A model generated the notes under the pieces. It had not been told where the DNA came from. It searched no databases and worked only from the letters and a program-made list of their open reading frames with translations. From assembly GCF_009914755.1 (NCBI RefSeq), contig NC_060932.1: a stretch of DNA of 64,000 nt. One strand, written 5' to 3'. Position numbers and translations under genes: made by a program. This document shows, one piece after another, positions 28,863-45,240 of this stretch (position 1 is its first letter; the number at the start of each line of letters is the position of its first letter). The DNA comes from the human T2T-CHM13v2.0 reference genome, Homo sapiens.

Positions 28863-31800
28863 GTGAGTCGAGCGGTTTTGAAGCCGGACTACCTCAAGTC
28901 TCTTTCCTCACTTCTTTCTCTTCACTTAAAACAATTTTTTTGGAGGGGTTTTGGGGAGGAAGTGAGCGGACGCTGGGGATGGGTCTCGTAAGCGGCCGGA
29001 TTGAGAGGAGGGAGGAAGCAGGGGGCTTCCGAGTGGGTGACCCAGACGCGGGCTGTGGGGTGGGGCAGTTCGTGGGGTCCGGTCCTGGAAAGGCGTCGAC
29101 TGCCCCCCAACTCTTCTGGTTTCCTCTACGATGAGCGGAAGGTTTGAATCCTGGAGGTGGGGTCTCCGGTGTGGAGTTCTGGAAACTGTGAGGTGATTTG
29201 CAGGTGTGTTGGTTTGTTTGGGGTGTGTAAGTGTGTTTAAACTGTGTGACGTGTACTTGTGTGCTCTGCTCGTCTTGGAGCGGTGTCTGTAGATGGGAAG
29301 TTAGACAGCGCGAGTCCTCGCTCGCTCTGGGCCTGGGCTGAGGGGCGGGCGTGAGGTCCTGGTGCTGGGCGTTTGGGCTGGCGACGTGGTGCGAGGCGGC
29401 CGGGCTCAACAACTCGCTTGTGTCCCGTCGCCCGCTCACACTCTGCCACTCGCCTCCGCCCCCTCCCCTGGACGAATCTCCACCCCAAACTCCAGCCACG
29501 AGAACTGTAGAGATGGTGTGATGTGGAGATGGATTTTTTGCATCCTCAAGTCGGTAGATAGGTGGGAAAGGAAAAGTGTTTCTTAATATTTTATTCCGGA
29601 ACCGTGTTTTGGTTACACTATTGGGGCTACTTTGAAAGGCGTCCTCCACCCACCTTCACCCCGAAACAGTAGGTAGAGGTATCTTGTCTTCGTGTGAATT
29701 AGATGAATAATTGCTGAAGATTCGGGGGGCCTGGGGTGGGGGTCGGGAGTGCTGGATTGTGTACGCGTCTGTGTGTGTCTACTAAGGAGACGGAATGTCT
29801 GTTATGTATCTGGAGATAGGGCGACTTATTTTCGTAGCAGGAGGAACTGTTGGAAATTATTTGCGGGAGAGGGGGTGCGCCGAAAGGCGCTGCTTGTATT
29901 TTTCTTCTACTCCACCCTGTTCTGTCTTGCATTTGCCTGAAAGCTGGTGGAATGGAACAGTGAAGAAGCATTGGGTGAGTAAAGGGAAGAATGCAGTTGG
30001 CATTAAAGATAACACTATGTAAAGTTGAATGGTATAAAGTGATTACTGTTTTTATTTACGCTGAAGCTTAAAAAAAATCACCCATGTATCATATAAGGTA
30101 GAGTGATGTGACTAGCTCATTTCTCTGGTATCCTGCAGGTACAGAAACCTCTGGCTTCCCTCTTCCTTCCTTCCTATCCTCCCTCCTTCCTTCCTTCCTT
30201 AAGTCCTTCCTTTCTTTCTTGGCTTCGTACAACATTTCTCTTTCTGTTGGACATAATACCGCCTGTGTCTTTTTATTTAGTTTGTGCTAATATGGTTGTG
30301 CTTTTTGTGGTTTTACCATAAAATGCATCGTTAAATGCATTTATTATTTTGCATTTATGCTGCAGGTAATTATCACATCAGGATTGCAGTGCTTTGCATT
30401 AAACTTATTTTAAAATTGTGCAATTAAGTTGCTTGATCTAGCTGAATTATGTTTCTAAGTCAAAGTTGGGAAATTTGAATTCTAAATTTTTTTTCAAATT
30501 TCAATTAGAGTTAAAAAGGAAAGGATTGCAACATCTCTTATTTCTCACAGTTTTTAATATTTAATAACACACTAGGAGAATTTAAGGTCATATTTTGTAC
30601 TTCCTTATTAAGTTCTTCAATAATCCTTATGTGACAATTTTTTTAGTGTAACGGATTTTTAAAGTAAAGAAATTGGCATAATTTCTATTTCGACTGTTGA
30701 GAATTGAATATATTCCCCAAACTTATCAATTCTTGAATCTGCCACCTATCATCAGTAAGGGACCTTTAGATTCTATGATAACTGAAAACCACATTGATAG
30801 AGTGTGTAATTTTATGATATGTCCTCTAACCATTGATTTAAAATTTTTGCTGTTGGTCATTCACACAGATAAGGGGGACTGAAAGAGTGAGGTAGCATGT
30901 ATATTTCAATTGACCTGAATAGAAAAAAAAATGTGATTTCTAAATCTCAGATGTAGAATATACAATATGTTGATTCAAAACTAAGCCATTAGTTTGTGAT
31001 AGACCAGGATTTTCAGAATCATTTGTTTTAAGCTTGTATCTTAACTTGAAACACTACTTTGCAAAAACCAGAGAAAAATCCTACGTAACTACTTACCGGA
31101 GTGTTTTGTTTTATTTTTCTGAAGCATATTATAATAGTCATGGAGTTTTTTAAAAAATGTTTAATAATTATTTTAGAAGTAAAAAACCAACATGTTTGTT
31201 AATATTTTAAATTGGAAAAACACGAGTGTTTTCTCTTCCATCTACCCTTACCTCAAAATTTCTTTTTGTTTTGTCTATAGAAGTGCAAAGTTATTTACTT
31301 GAAAAAGCATTCATTAAACTTTTTCTGGCTACTAGTGGGATCAAAATCATTACATGTAAACCAAATATATTCCCAGCATTTGTTGGGGGTGATTCTGTTG
31401 CATTTTAAGTACTGGGCATTAAAATGATGTAAAGCCTTTACTGCAGGTTAAAGCATAAAACATTCTCAGCATGTGAGAGTCATATGGTTTACAAATAAAG
31501 TAGAAAACCAGGGCATGGGTGCTTGTCCAGCTTACAATTTCATCCCGTAACTGTGAAAGACACATTTATTTTAATGTGATTGCTTCTAAAGATGTTGCCT
31601 GTATTATGGGAAGTTGAAAATCTAAGCTGCTTTTAACTAATCTGTTGCTAGTTTAGTTTACTGCATTTAGTGAACACTATGTATGGTCACAAATACGCAT
31701 CAAGGAAAGGAGCCTTTAGCTGGAAGTTGAATGCCTTTAGTGAGGCTTCGTTTTCACTGCTGTACAAACAGATTTCAGTCTTCTAGCCCAAATCCTCAGT

Positions 31801-33560
31801 TAAAACATCGCTAATAGAAACTTAATAGCTCAGTGTTCCTAAGTTACAAAATATGTGGCAACAAATCTGTCATTGTTACATCATTTAAAAAATAGCAACC
31901 AGCTTATGGCAATTTTTGTGGCAAGTGTTGATTGGAATTCTATTGCTTGTTTCATAGATATTGAATACATTGGGAATATTTAGGCTTAATTTGTGTATTT
32001 TGAGTCTCCTGTACACTGTATTCAGCACATCCCACATTTAGGGCTCCTGTGCAATTTAGTTCTGTTCATTTCATTGTAGCTCTTGCTTCTCTTATTTTTG
32101 TATACAGCTCTTTAAACCTGAATTATTTCTCTTGGGAATCAGGTATTTATGTAGAATGTTGTCATAAGTGAAAGTTGGCATACCACTCAACTTTTTAAAT
32201 ACATGAACATTTATAGATAAACCGAATAGTGCTCATTGAAAATGTGTTGGTTTTGTTTGTTTTGTGAACCAGCTTTATTTAGTTCTTTGGCTTCTGGAAT
32301 TAATTTTGTAGCTCACTTTGCTATTCTTTGGCTAGATTTTTCTGTTAACAGTTGGCTTTTACTTCCCACTGTAGTAGAACTGTAATTTATTAAAGCATTG
32401 TTGTGAGTGAAAAGCATGGCTTGTCTAGAGTGCCATATATGTACACCCACAATACACTCATACATAAAATACTTTTATGTTTATTTATTTATTTATGAAA
32501 TTGGTGTATATCTATCAGACATGCCTCCCATAAGAAAGAATCTGAGCCACAAATAGCAGAAGACCTTGAACTTTGACTGAAGCTAGAAACCAAAGAGTAA
32601 CCAGCACATGTTGTCCACATTATAGAAGCTGAGGAGATTTTCATTATCATTCCAAACCATTATTTTCACAGATTTTGTTAAAATACAGTTCTCTCAAAAT
32701 GGAAGCTATTGATATTGAAAGTTTTCTCAAAATATTAGTAAGTAAGACGTAGCATGGATTCCTAGGTGCAGCTATTCCCCCACATTGCCCTTACTGGATT
32801 TAGGGCCCATCATAGGCGCAGAGTAAAGATTTTTCCATGGGATTATTTGATGTAAACTTTTAGTTGCAGTGTATTCAAACATAATCCAGTGCTTTAGATA
32901 ATTTGTTTTCCTTGACCTTAGATGAAACAAGTTGGAAATTTACTATAACATTGTTTTGGACACTTTCCAAGAGCATTTAGCTCCTGGAAGGGCCCTGGCT
33001 TTAGCATGGTTTTTACCCTTATAGTGGTAATAAAGTTGAAGTTACATTAAGTTTTTCCAGTGATTAGTGTAATCTTAATGCAATATTTGACAGATTCTTA
33101 GGCTATAGTTTTTTTTTAACATTTGCAAAAAAAAAAAACAGTAACAATAGTCTGATTTTAGCTTTGAAGTGATCAATTATTTTAACTTTTTCACCCTTAA
33201 AATGGGTGACACTAGACTCCTTCCTGTTAAGTGGTAAAATGATTCTAATCCAGTCAAAGGGCACTTAGGTTTTTCTTAAATTTAGAGTGTGGATTGTGAT
33301 AAAAATGTTGACTAAATTCCACATGCTGAGTATGTATTCTCTCTGGCTGCTTCTTTGTTTATCTTATGTCCAGAGATGGTCCACATGTGGTGTATTGAAA
33401 ATATTAGTAGCCTCATTACTGTATACGTATTAAGTAGCGTGGAGTTGCCAAGTGGCAGTAACTTTAATTTGTATCTAGTCACAATTTTTATAGCAAGAAA
33501 GTGAAATGCTGTGGGTACTGCTGAAACAGGGATGACTTAAGACTGAATTGTTCTGCTTTA

Positions 33561-33927
<367 letters not shown>

Positions 33928-34209
33928 TCAAGCCTTGAAATTGGATGAAGTTCTCACTCTTCATCCAATCGTGAAGTCAAGTTGGTTTCGTATTTTGTAT
34001 ACATTTCTTTCTATTAATGTTCTCTTATTTCATACCTTCATCCTTTCTGGTTTATTGCATCAGTCTCTTAACTAATCTTGTTTGAATTTTTTTCATTAGT
34101 CATTCTAAGCTCCTAGTAGGAGTTATCTTGCCAAAATAAAATGTGAATTTGATTGTCAACCATACTTTGCCTGTAATCCTTTAGTGGCTCCTCAGACTTT
34201 GACATAAAT

Positions 34210-34370
34210 CAAAAATTGAGAGTCATACCACCTGTGTCCAAATCCTGGTTTTTGCCAGTTACTAGCTATGTGACCTTGGGCAAATCATTTAAAATGTCTG
34301 TACCTCAGCTTCCCCATCAATAGACTGGGGATAAAAATAGTACCTACTTCATAGGATTATTGTGAGCCCT
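34210..34370 (+). mobile_element. MIR
   Basis: TACTAGCTATGTGACCTTGGGCAAATC. Confidence 0.85.
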
Positions 34371-34729
34371 TGAAGTGCTGGCAAGTCCTTAGGATGCTTT
34401 TGGCATATTATAGTTTACAGGAAGCTGCAAAAATAGAGAGGGCACTGTAACTTTTCCCCAGTTTCCCCTATTGGTTACATCCTACATAACTTTAATACAA
34501 TATTAAAACCAGGAAATTGACATCAGTACAATGTGTGTGTATAGTTCTATGCCATTTTATCACAGGTGTGTAGATTGCATAATCACCACCAAAATCAAGG
34601 TACAGAACTCTTACTGCAAAGATTGAATGATTCTCCTCCTCTTCATAAGTTCTGTTGTTTTGTCAATATAGCTAAGGAGAAAGATAACCAATTATTGGAT
34701 CAGTAATTTCACTCTTTGCCTTATGTAAT

Positions 34730-35030
34730 ACAGTCATGTAGTACATAATGATGTTTCAGTCAAAAACGGACTGAATATATGACAGTGGTCCCATAAGATT
34801 ATATCATATTTTAACTGTACTTTTTCCAAGGTTTAGAAACACAGATACTTTCCAGTGCGTTACAGTTGCCTACAATGTTTAATACAGTAACATGCTGTAC
34901 AGGTTTGTAGCCTAGGAGCAATAGGCTATACCACCTAGGCTTGTGTAAGTACACTCTATGGTGTTCGCTCAACAATGAAATTGCCTAATGGTGCGTTTCT
35001 CAGAGTGTATCTCTGTCATTAAGTGTTGCA
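34730..35030. mobile_element. Tigger3 (Golem)-like DNA transposon
   Basis: CAGTCATG...GACAGTGGTCCCATAAGATTA. Confidence 0.75.
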
Positions 35031-35161
35031 TTGGCACATCCTGAAAGTTTTTATGAAAAATTCCACTTAAACTTTCTTTTAAAAGTTTATTTTTTAGATG
35101 AACCTGACATTGCAAACATACCAATTTTTTTTTTTGTTATGAGAATCTGAATATTGGCTAG

Positions 35162-35464
<303 letters not shown>

Positions 35465-35578
35465 AGTTTTTTTTTTTTAAATGAGGAATTATAATATTAG
35501 GACCCATTAAAATTTTCTGGTAAAAGTTAACGATAACATTGAAATTGTCCACAAATAAAATGTGTAAGATTTAAATGA

Positions 35579-35878
<300 letters not shown>

Positions 35879-38153
35879 GATTTAAATTTTAAATAAATTC
35901 AAGGCTTACATGGTATGTTTGTTGCTAGAGAGGATATGTTAGAATCTGTGTTAGATAACCAAAATTACAGCTATTTTGACATTAGTTTGGTTTTGACAGT
36001 GTTAATGCAAACTTGTCAGATTAATTGATTGTCAGCATATGTCATAGTTTTATTTTGTACTTGTTGCAAGGGAACTAGCTTTAAAGGAAGTTAGTTCAAA
36101 GATATTTTCAGAAAAAGGATCTTTACAGAATAAAAGGGGAGGTTATGGTTACTATTTTTGTTAGGTACAAGTTAAAGGATAGTTACAGGGTTGGTTATAC
36201 TTTGCTGCCCCTTAATCAGCCATATGATTATAAAGCCTGTCTTAAAAGATGAGGCTGTTAATCCAATATACTATCGATTATTACAGACAACAACGGAAGT
36301 CTGCTTTAAACAGGCTAACAAAATATTTTCAAATGTATTAACAAATAAAGGTAGATCACCTGATTTTTGTCTTCTCTGGGTTTGAGACAATTTTTCATTT
36401 GTCAATACTGTGATAATTTCCATTGAAAAAAAGACAAAGTTTAATTTGTTTCATTAGCAGGAATATGACAAATATTGATGGTACTTCCTGATAAATAAGA
36501 TTCATATTTACAAAGCTTTTTGGCTACCTGTGATTTCAGTTTTTTCCTGGTAGAATTATTTTTTCCTCCTTGGATTTATGTTTCTAGCTTTCTATTTGTC
36601 TTGGTGTACGTACTAAAAAATAATGCTTGAATTAGGGATCATTTGGCTTCAAGGATAGGCGTTGTAGGGATTCAGCTGTTTTGGGTTGAAGAAGAGTGAC
36701 TAGACCTTGTGTGAATGGGAGAAACGTTAGGAATCTGAGAAGCTAGTCTCTCAAGCTCTCGTTCTGGTGATAAATGGTTTCTTGTCTCAGCATCTCCTTC
36801 CATGTCTGCTTCATCTCCCTTTCTCACTTCTCCCTTCCAGTTCTGTTTGTATTGCCCTGGTTTTTCATAGTCTCTGCTTCTCTGACTGGTAAGTGGATTT
36901 GATTTGCCATGGTGTTGACTTGAACTGTTCTTTCAACTAGAGTTTACCTGTTGGTGGTGACAGTGTGTTTCTTTTAGTTCAGTTGGCAAGAGAGAAATCT
37001 GAATGCATTGCATGACCACCATGACTTAAATGTCTATCCTTATCCCGTGACCTTGGTGGGAGGTAGCGTGGAAAGCACCTTTTATATGAGGCTTAAGCTT
37101 TTAGATGCTTTTTATGAGGAGGGTTCTCTTGTTGGTGTTGAACAAGGCACTCAGTTAAACATGTCAAGTCTAGCAGTGCGTGATGAGGTACTTTGTGGGA
37201 TACAAAGATAGGTTGGATTTAATCCTTTTCTGCAAGGATCAGTTTGCTGGAAATAGCAAAAGACTCCTATAATTTAAGATTTGCTTTTTATTCTAGTCAC
37301 CTCAGGCAAACCAGAAAGATGACAAAGTAGGACTATAAGAACTAGCTAGGATTAAGGAAGGAGAATGAGAGGTAGCCCTGGATACATGAACGTACTATCT
37401 CTACAATTTGGATCACTAACCTACTAAGCATGAAAGTATCTAGAAGCCATTGTATCAGGATCCTCATTGCTGCTATCAAAGACTATCCCTTATTGAATAA
37501 AGAAGCTCTTATTCATATCAAGTAGACATTCTTTTGTCCCATCATTAAGATCTAGAGACATCTTAGGAGAACTCATTTCATCACTACTCTAGGAACTGGA
37601 ACATTCTCATAGGCACCCTCTATCTATATAGTGACAACTGTTCTCTTAGCAAATGTCATTCATCCCTGACAAGAAAATTTGTGCCTTCTTTCTTTAGAGA
37701 CAATAAGCAGGAATTCAAATAGTTGAGTCTGTAGTAGTGAGCATCTTGTTCTCTGCAGATCTGGCAACAAAAGAATTGACATACTGGGTCAATCCAATGT
37801 CCAGTCAACACCATAGGTGATATTTAACAAAAGCTCCATGATTTCAGGGAAAGGAACTGGAGCTTTTTATTCCTATGTCAGTATTGGAGTTTATATGGAC
37901 TTCAGAGCTAAAATTTCCATATCCAAGTCTTTATTATATTACCAAACCAGGGCCAAGATTTTTAGAAATAAGTACAAGTCAAGGATAGGCAACTAAGGAA
38001 CCTAGAAGATTGGAGTCAGATTACAAAGCCACAGGAGATAAATAGTTGGGGAGTCACAGAGTTCTAAGCACTTAGGCTACAACAGAAGGAAACAGTGATC
38101 TCAACTTTTGTGTTGAAGAATTGCCTGGAAAAAGTATTAAAATTTTAGTTTCT

Positions 38154-38502
<349 letters not shown>

Positions 38503-41340
38503 CTACCCCCAGATTCCTAAAATCTGAGATGGGCCCAGGAATATATATCCTTCATAAGTATATCAGGTAATTCTAATTGGTATAGTCCTCAGAATGCTTG
38601 GAAAATGCATAGACAGCATAATGTCTACTTAGAACCTATTATATGCTTTGTTCTGTGGAAGTCTCAAATATCTGTTTATAATTGGGAGTGTTTCTTTCCT
38701 GATATTTGCCTGCCTCATATTAAACACTGTGTCCATCCTCTCTGATTGCTTATGTCAGTAGATCGTGACATGGGCTATATTTTGCGTAAATATGATTATT
38801 TTTCTAGATGTTGTACTTAACAGTATTATGCCCTAAACATCTAGTTTTTATGGTTATGGCATCAGCTCATTTTCTTAAACTCTGTATTTTTGTATATGAA
38901 CTCTTAAGAAGACAGTCTTTTTTTATTCCCACCTTTTGTCATTAAGTTCTCCTTTATTCTAATTTTCTGGATCTGGTAAGCGAGTTTTTTTTGTTTGTTT
39001 TTTAACCTTATATACTTTGGAATATCAGCCATCTCTTGAACCTTTGCACTCATGAATTAATTTCTCACCTTTTAAGGTCTGTCATTCTTTTTGGAGTCTT
39101 AATTACTCTTAGAATATTGAGCTGGTTGTGAACATGAACTTTGGAGCCATATTGTCTAGGTGCAAATCTGATCTCCACTACTTAACCCTGTAATTTTGTG
39201 TAAACCTCTATGTGTCTCATCTGTAAACTGGGCATAGATAAATAATACTATTTATTCATATACATAATAGGATTCTTGTGAGTATATGATTCAACATTTG
39301 CAAAGTGCTTAGAGTAGTGGTTGTTACACCTTATCTTATTATTAGTTGTCCTGTTCTTTTTCCTAGGTAATACTCCCCTCCTTAATCTTTAGAATTCTCT
39401 ATTTGTTGCAAATAATCCCTTTCTGGCTAATTTATTTTTTCTTTGTGTATTTATTTTCTTCTGAGTTTTCCTTTTTTAGCTCTTAGCTGCATTTGATGTA
39501 ATATTTCCCCTTAAAATTTTTTCTATACAAGTGTTTCTTCCATCATTCTTTTCTCTCTTGTTAAAATTACCTCTGGTCTTGAAGTTCCTAGATTTGAAGG
39601 CTTTAAATCTCCCTTTAGTACTTTTCTTTTTGTACTTTTCTCCCTCCTCCTCTCACCTAATTTGTCAGTGATCTGCTGATTCTTTCACCCCATAACATCT
39701 CTTAGATTATTCTTTTCCTTTATTGTCTATAGTTGCCATCCTCATTACTTCTTGTTGAGATGATTGCAGCAGTAAAACTGGCCTTCCTGCCACTTCCCTA
39801 CTCTATTCCATGGTGCACAGCACTCTTAGAATAATTTTTATCAAACTTTTCATCAAGTCATTTAAGAGGTTACTATACCTTAGTTCAAATTGTGCCATAT
39901 GCCAAATTTTCGTCCCTGTGCTTTGTGATGGGTTTGCTAACATTTCCTTTCCTCCCTTTTCCATGTCTTATTTTCTTATTCCAGAAGTCATTTTCTGTAT
40001 TGCATTCAAGTAAATTACCTTTCCTTCTGCTGTATATTTTCAGCCTTTGTTTCTTGGCATTTGCTACCTTACCCACTTAATGTATTTGTATATCCTTATC
40101 TTACTAGTTAAAACCTTATACTTAAAACCCAGTTAAATCCTTCTGTCTGAAGAGACGTATCCCAGTGAACCTCGACACACTTAGACCAGTCATTTACTCG
40201 ACATATAAGCTGCATTTACATACTCAATCATTATTGTAATTTTTTGTATTTACTTGTAAGGTATGTGACATTCTAAATAGTTTAGTTTTCATGTTATGTA
40301 TATGAATTGGATTCCTAGTTGAAGTGTAAGATCCTTGAATTTTCTGCTGACTTGCCGCTGGTAGGGGGCAGGGGTGAGGGGACTGAATTTATCCTCAGAA
40401 GATAGTGAACCTAAAATTTCTGGTACCCCTGTCGCTGGTACCAGCTACAGCCAATAATACTTGTCAAGAACTTAGACACAGCAATCTATCTAGTACTGAG
40501 GGTACTGGATCAGAGAAATGACATTCTTTCCCATCCCTCCTTCATTTTCACAGTTCATTTATTAACTCCCACTTATTTAGCCAACAATGAGTTAGATGTA
40601 GGCCTACCGTTCAGGAAGCTCATAGTTTGGTTTTGATAGGATCAGAAAGAGGACCCAACCGTGAGGCACAGATCTCAGTACTGCACATGGGGTATGCTTG
40701 CTTCAGTAATTTCAGTCATCTGAGCTAGCTTACTCATGAGACATTATGGGGAAAACATAATGTCTCCTTAGGCATCTCCCTGTCTCTGTGTGGTCTCTTC
40801 AGTATGGTGGCTTCAAGGTAGCCAGACTTCTCACATAGTGCCTCAGGGCTCCAAAGGCAGGTGTCCCAAAAGAGAAAGGAAGTCAGGCTTATTGTTTTTT
40901 ATGATCTATCCTTGGAAACTTGAGGATTACTTCCAGAGCATTCTACTCACGAAGGCAGTCATGCAGGCCTTGCCTGTGTTGGAGAGCAGGGAACAGAGAC
41001 TACACTCCACCTTTTGATGGGAGGAGTGGCAACATTCTCAAAGAGCATGTATGATGGAAATATTGTTGTGGCAGTTATGCAAAATGCAACGTGCCATACC
41101 AAAAGATAAATACTGTTAATAATTTGCTTTGCTTTCAGGTTACAAGTGTATTCTCTATGATGGTGTCATACTACCACTTATATTTCTTTCTTTAACAATA
41201 TATAATGGTGTCAGCACGTAAAGACATACCTCACTTTCTTAATGTAAACAAATGAAGTATAATATAACCATTTACCCACCAGTGGACATTTAAGCTTTCT
41301 TTTACACACACACACACACATACATTTAAGCTTTCTTTTA

Positions 41341-41550
41341 CACACACACACATATACACAGAGAGAGAGAAGCAAAACGAACAAAAAGCCTAAAAGCATA
41401 ATATAGTTTTAGATTATAATTGAATTTTGTCTTACCCCAAGTTGGTAGGATTTGTGAGGGGATCAGGGAGGGCAGTGATGATGCCACTTGTGGCCTTTGA
41501 AAGGGAATAATCCTCTTCACTCTTGATTTATCTACCTTGGTGAGTAATTT
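41341..41550 (+). repeat. Local direct duplication, copy 1 (~210 bp)
   Basis: Aligns by eye with 43550-43763, including long identical runs. Confidence 0.9.
41442..41539 (+). other. Candidate non-coding cassette exon of the + strand gene
   Basis: Acceptor ttttgtcttaccccaag| and donor TTG|GTGAGT, 98 nt. Confidence 0.35.
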
Positions 41551-42029
41551 TAGTAGGAACCTCTTGTTTGGTGTTAGATTGGCCTGTGGTAAACATTGTT
41601 GTGAATGGGACTAAGAAGGCAAGAGGTAATAAGCTTTCTCCTCGTGCCACTATTCCAACCATCTGAGAATTGTTTCTTGCATCTCCTTTTTTTTCTCCCT
41701 TTGCTGTTTTTTCTTTCTTTTTTCCTTGCTCCAACCTCCTCAATAATCCTGTGCTTCTGTCTTGATCTCAGCAAAAGATATGGATGAGGTGGGACTATCA
41801 TCATGTACAAAGATATCTCATTTGGCACTTGATCAGGTGAAGAATTATTTTTTGTCTTTCTTCCTGTTGTGTATGCAAAAGACATCTTAAATGACTTAAC
41901 TTGAACTAGGAGTTGATCAATTGATTTTAAAAACTTGGTTATAGTAAAAAGCATTAAAAATTGATGACTTAAACATTTTACTTTAATCAAAATATATAGA
42001 CATACATGCATTTGTTAGTTATTTGGTTA

Positions 42030-42265
42030 CAGGGCAGTGGTTTTCAACTGGTGATTTTACCCTCCAGGGACATTTTGCAACATTTGGAGACATTTTTGAT
42101 TGCCACTACTGCAATGGGAGTGCTATTGCCATGTAGTGGGTAATAGCAAAGCCAGGGATGCTGCCAAACATCCTTCAGTTTACAGGCCAATATCTCCCCC
42201 TCCCAACAGATAATTCTCCCATCCAAAATGTCAACAGTACTGGGATTGAGAAACTCTGATCTAGG
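42030..42265. mobile_element. MER20 (hAT-Charlie)
   Basis: CAGTGGTTTTCAAC...TTGAGAAACTCTG termini. Confidence 0.85.
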
Positions 42266-42424
42266 GCCAACGCCTTTTCTTTGTGTGTGACTCTATCAGT
42301 TGACACTCTACATCAGTTTTTCATGCATAAACCATACCCATAATGTATCACTTATGATTTCCAGTTTTTTTTTTAAATGGAGGAAGACCTTAAGGACATT
42401 TGTAATCTATGAGTCAAATCTTAA

Positions 42425-42727
<303 letters not shown>

Positions 42728-42879
42728 CATTTCTCCCAAATCTTTTACAGTAGTCTCACCTATACTCAATTCAATAGCATTCTTATTTTTTCAAGTTAAT
42801 CGTCTTAAATTGTGCCAAACATTGAACCTTTTTTTGTGTGTGTGTGACTTACTTTTAATAGAAACAACTCTTCACACTC

Positions 42880-43171
42880 TTTTTTTTTTTTGAGATGGAG
42901 TCTCGCTCTGTCACCCAGGCTGGAGTGCAGTGGCACCATCTTGCTCACTGCAAGCTCTGCCTCCTGGGTTCACACCATTCTCCTGCCTCAGCCTTCCAAG
43001 TAGCTGGGACTACAGGTGCCCACCACCACGCCCAACTAATTTTTTGTATTTTTAGTAGAGACAGGGTTTCATCGTGTTAGCCACGATGGTCTCGATCTCC
43101 TGACCTCGTGATCCACCCTCCTTGGCCTACCAAAGTGCTGGGATTACAGGCATGAGCTACTGCGCCCGGCC
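42880..43171 (-). mobile_element. AluY/Sc-like
   Basis: TSD CTCTTCACACTCTT. Confidence 0.95.
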
Positions 43172-43549
43172 TCTTCACACTCTTATTTTGTTAGTTTAGA
43201 TAGTATAATCAAATTCCACAGTTGCAAGAACACCTTGTCTAAACAGTAAGGGAATAAACCAGCTTACTCTTGGTTGGCACACAGTGGAGTGTTTGAAACA
43301 GCCTAATAAGCATCCTTGTCAGTTTGTTTTAGAAGGGGAATCTAGAGAATATTGGTTGATTATGATGGTTGGTTAATTGGAGGCTGAGCAAGAGCTTCCA
43401 CATGAGCAGTAGGAACTGAAGGGTTTTTTGTTGTTGTTGTTGTTGAAAAGAATTGTTTTCAAAGTGAGTTCACTGAAAACTTCTACTTAAATAAGCCAAA
43501 AGAAAAACAAAACAAAAAACCAGGCGCGCGTGCATGCGCACACACACGC

Positions 43550-43763
43550 ACGCACACACACACACACACGCAGAGAGAGAGAGAGAAGCAAAAACAAAAA
43601 GCCTAAAAGCATAATATAGTTTTAGATTTCAGTTGAATTTTGTTTTACCCCAAGTTGGTAGGATTTGTGAGGGGATCAGGGAGGACAGTGATGATGCCAG
43701 TTATAGCCTTCAAAAGATAATAATGCTCTTCACTCTTGATTTATCAGCCTTGCTGAGTAACTT
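43550..43763 (+). repeat. Local direct duplication, copy 2
   Basis: Aligns with 41341-41550. Confidence 0.9.
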
Positions 43764-44757
43764 CACAAATCTTTAGGTATTTGGGATAATCAGGAAGCTC
43801 TGCCTATCTAGAAGTGATTCAGTTATTTTGCTAGGTTTCGGTTCCTTTCATGAAATGTACTTAATCATATTTTTGTGTATGCTTCAAGGGCTGCTACCAG
43901 CTGGCCTTATCCTATTTAACAACTCTGTTTTAAGCAGACTAACTTAACTTCCATGATGTCTGCTGTATTTCTGGATTACTTTCATATGGGCCTTTATATA
44001 CTAAGCCCCATCAGCCAGTCTCCTGCACTTTGCCAAAACATTTCTTAAACTTCTTTAAAATACTTAAACCCAGCATCTCAATTTTCACTAAAGACTTGAT
44101 TCTAACACATTTCCAATCTTTGTATTACCAGCACATTTTTTTCAGCTTTGATTATATGCGTTTTCAGAATATATGCATAATTTTGGCTACATGAATTTAT
44201 GCAGGCTGACTCATTGCCTAATAAAAGTGATGTTATTTAGAATTTAATCAGAGATTAATCAGAGAGGTCCAGAAACCAGCATTTTAGATACTCTAATGAA
44301 TTCTCTAGTAACCAACACCCATTGGGAAATCTAACCTGAATGGATTGTTAATCTTCTCAGAGCTAGAGGATTTAAAGCTGAATTAGCATAGACTTGTTAA
44401 AGTTGTTAATTACTATTTCTGTAGTTTTTGGGGAAAATGTTAGCCCTTCTTTCCTGCACTTTCTGCTAATGATGGTGGTTTCTTTATCTAGAGAAACTTT
44501 AAGATTATAGAAGGATAAGAGATTACTTGGAGCAGCATGCCTGAGTTAACTCTTAGTTAATGAGATTTTTAAATATAATAATTCCTTCCCTCCAGGCTTA
44601 TATTAAAAGAAAAATCACTGTATAAAAAGTTATTTTGTGTATTTGTGTGGTTATCTTACATTACATTTATAAAATACTTAGTATTTGAAACATTGTTTAA
44701 TTTTATGTCCATTTCCTCTCACTTTTCAAACATGACGTATGTAGAGATTCTTAGTAA

Positions 44758-45088
<331 letters not shown>

Positions 45089-45172
45089 TTGAAAAAAATG
45101 GTTTTTAATGGGTTATCAAACTAATAATTCCAAAGTGATCAAGATGGTAAATTGCAAGTCAGTTATAATGTT

Positions 45173-45240
45173 AAATGTTATCAAAATTATTGAAAATGTT
45201 ATCAAAATTATTGAAAAATGTTATCAAAATTATTTGAAAA
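45173..45240. repeat. Minisatellite, 3 x ~21-22 bp
   Basis: AAATGTTATCAAAATTATTGA repeated three times. Confidence 0.9.

Larger units (their letters stand above)
28100..29500. promoter_or_regulatory. CpG island / bidirectional promoter
   Basis: GC- and CpG-rich non-repeat segment with divergent GTGAGT donors (- strand exon end 28058, + strand exon end 28862), ETS CCGGAAG (~28122, ~28465), CCAAT (~28319), YY1-like AATATGGCGG (~28588-28597), GC box ~29342. Confidence 0.9.

Noticed and set aside
28894-29649. 251-aa - strand ORF (and the 187-aa ORF at 28186-28749)
   Set aside because: Low-complexity ORFs expected from stop-poor CpG-island DNA; no recognisable domain and non-ATG starts.
43686-43760. 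C/D-box-like motifs (GTGATGA...CTGA) in duplication copy 2
   Set aside because: No convincing terminal stem, no recognisable guide, and the D box is absent in copy 1.
45173-45240. Regular direct repeats resembling a CRISPR array
   Set aside because: Head-to-tail with no spacers in a eukaryotic intron; ordinary minisatellite.
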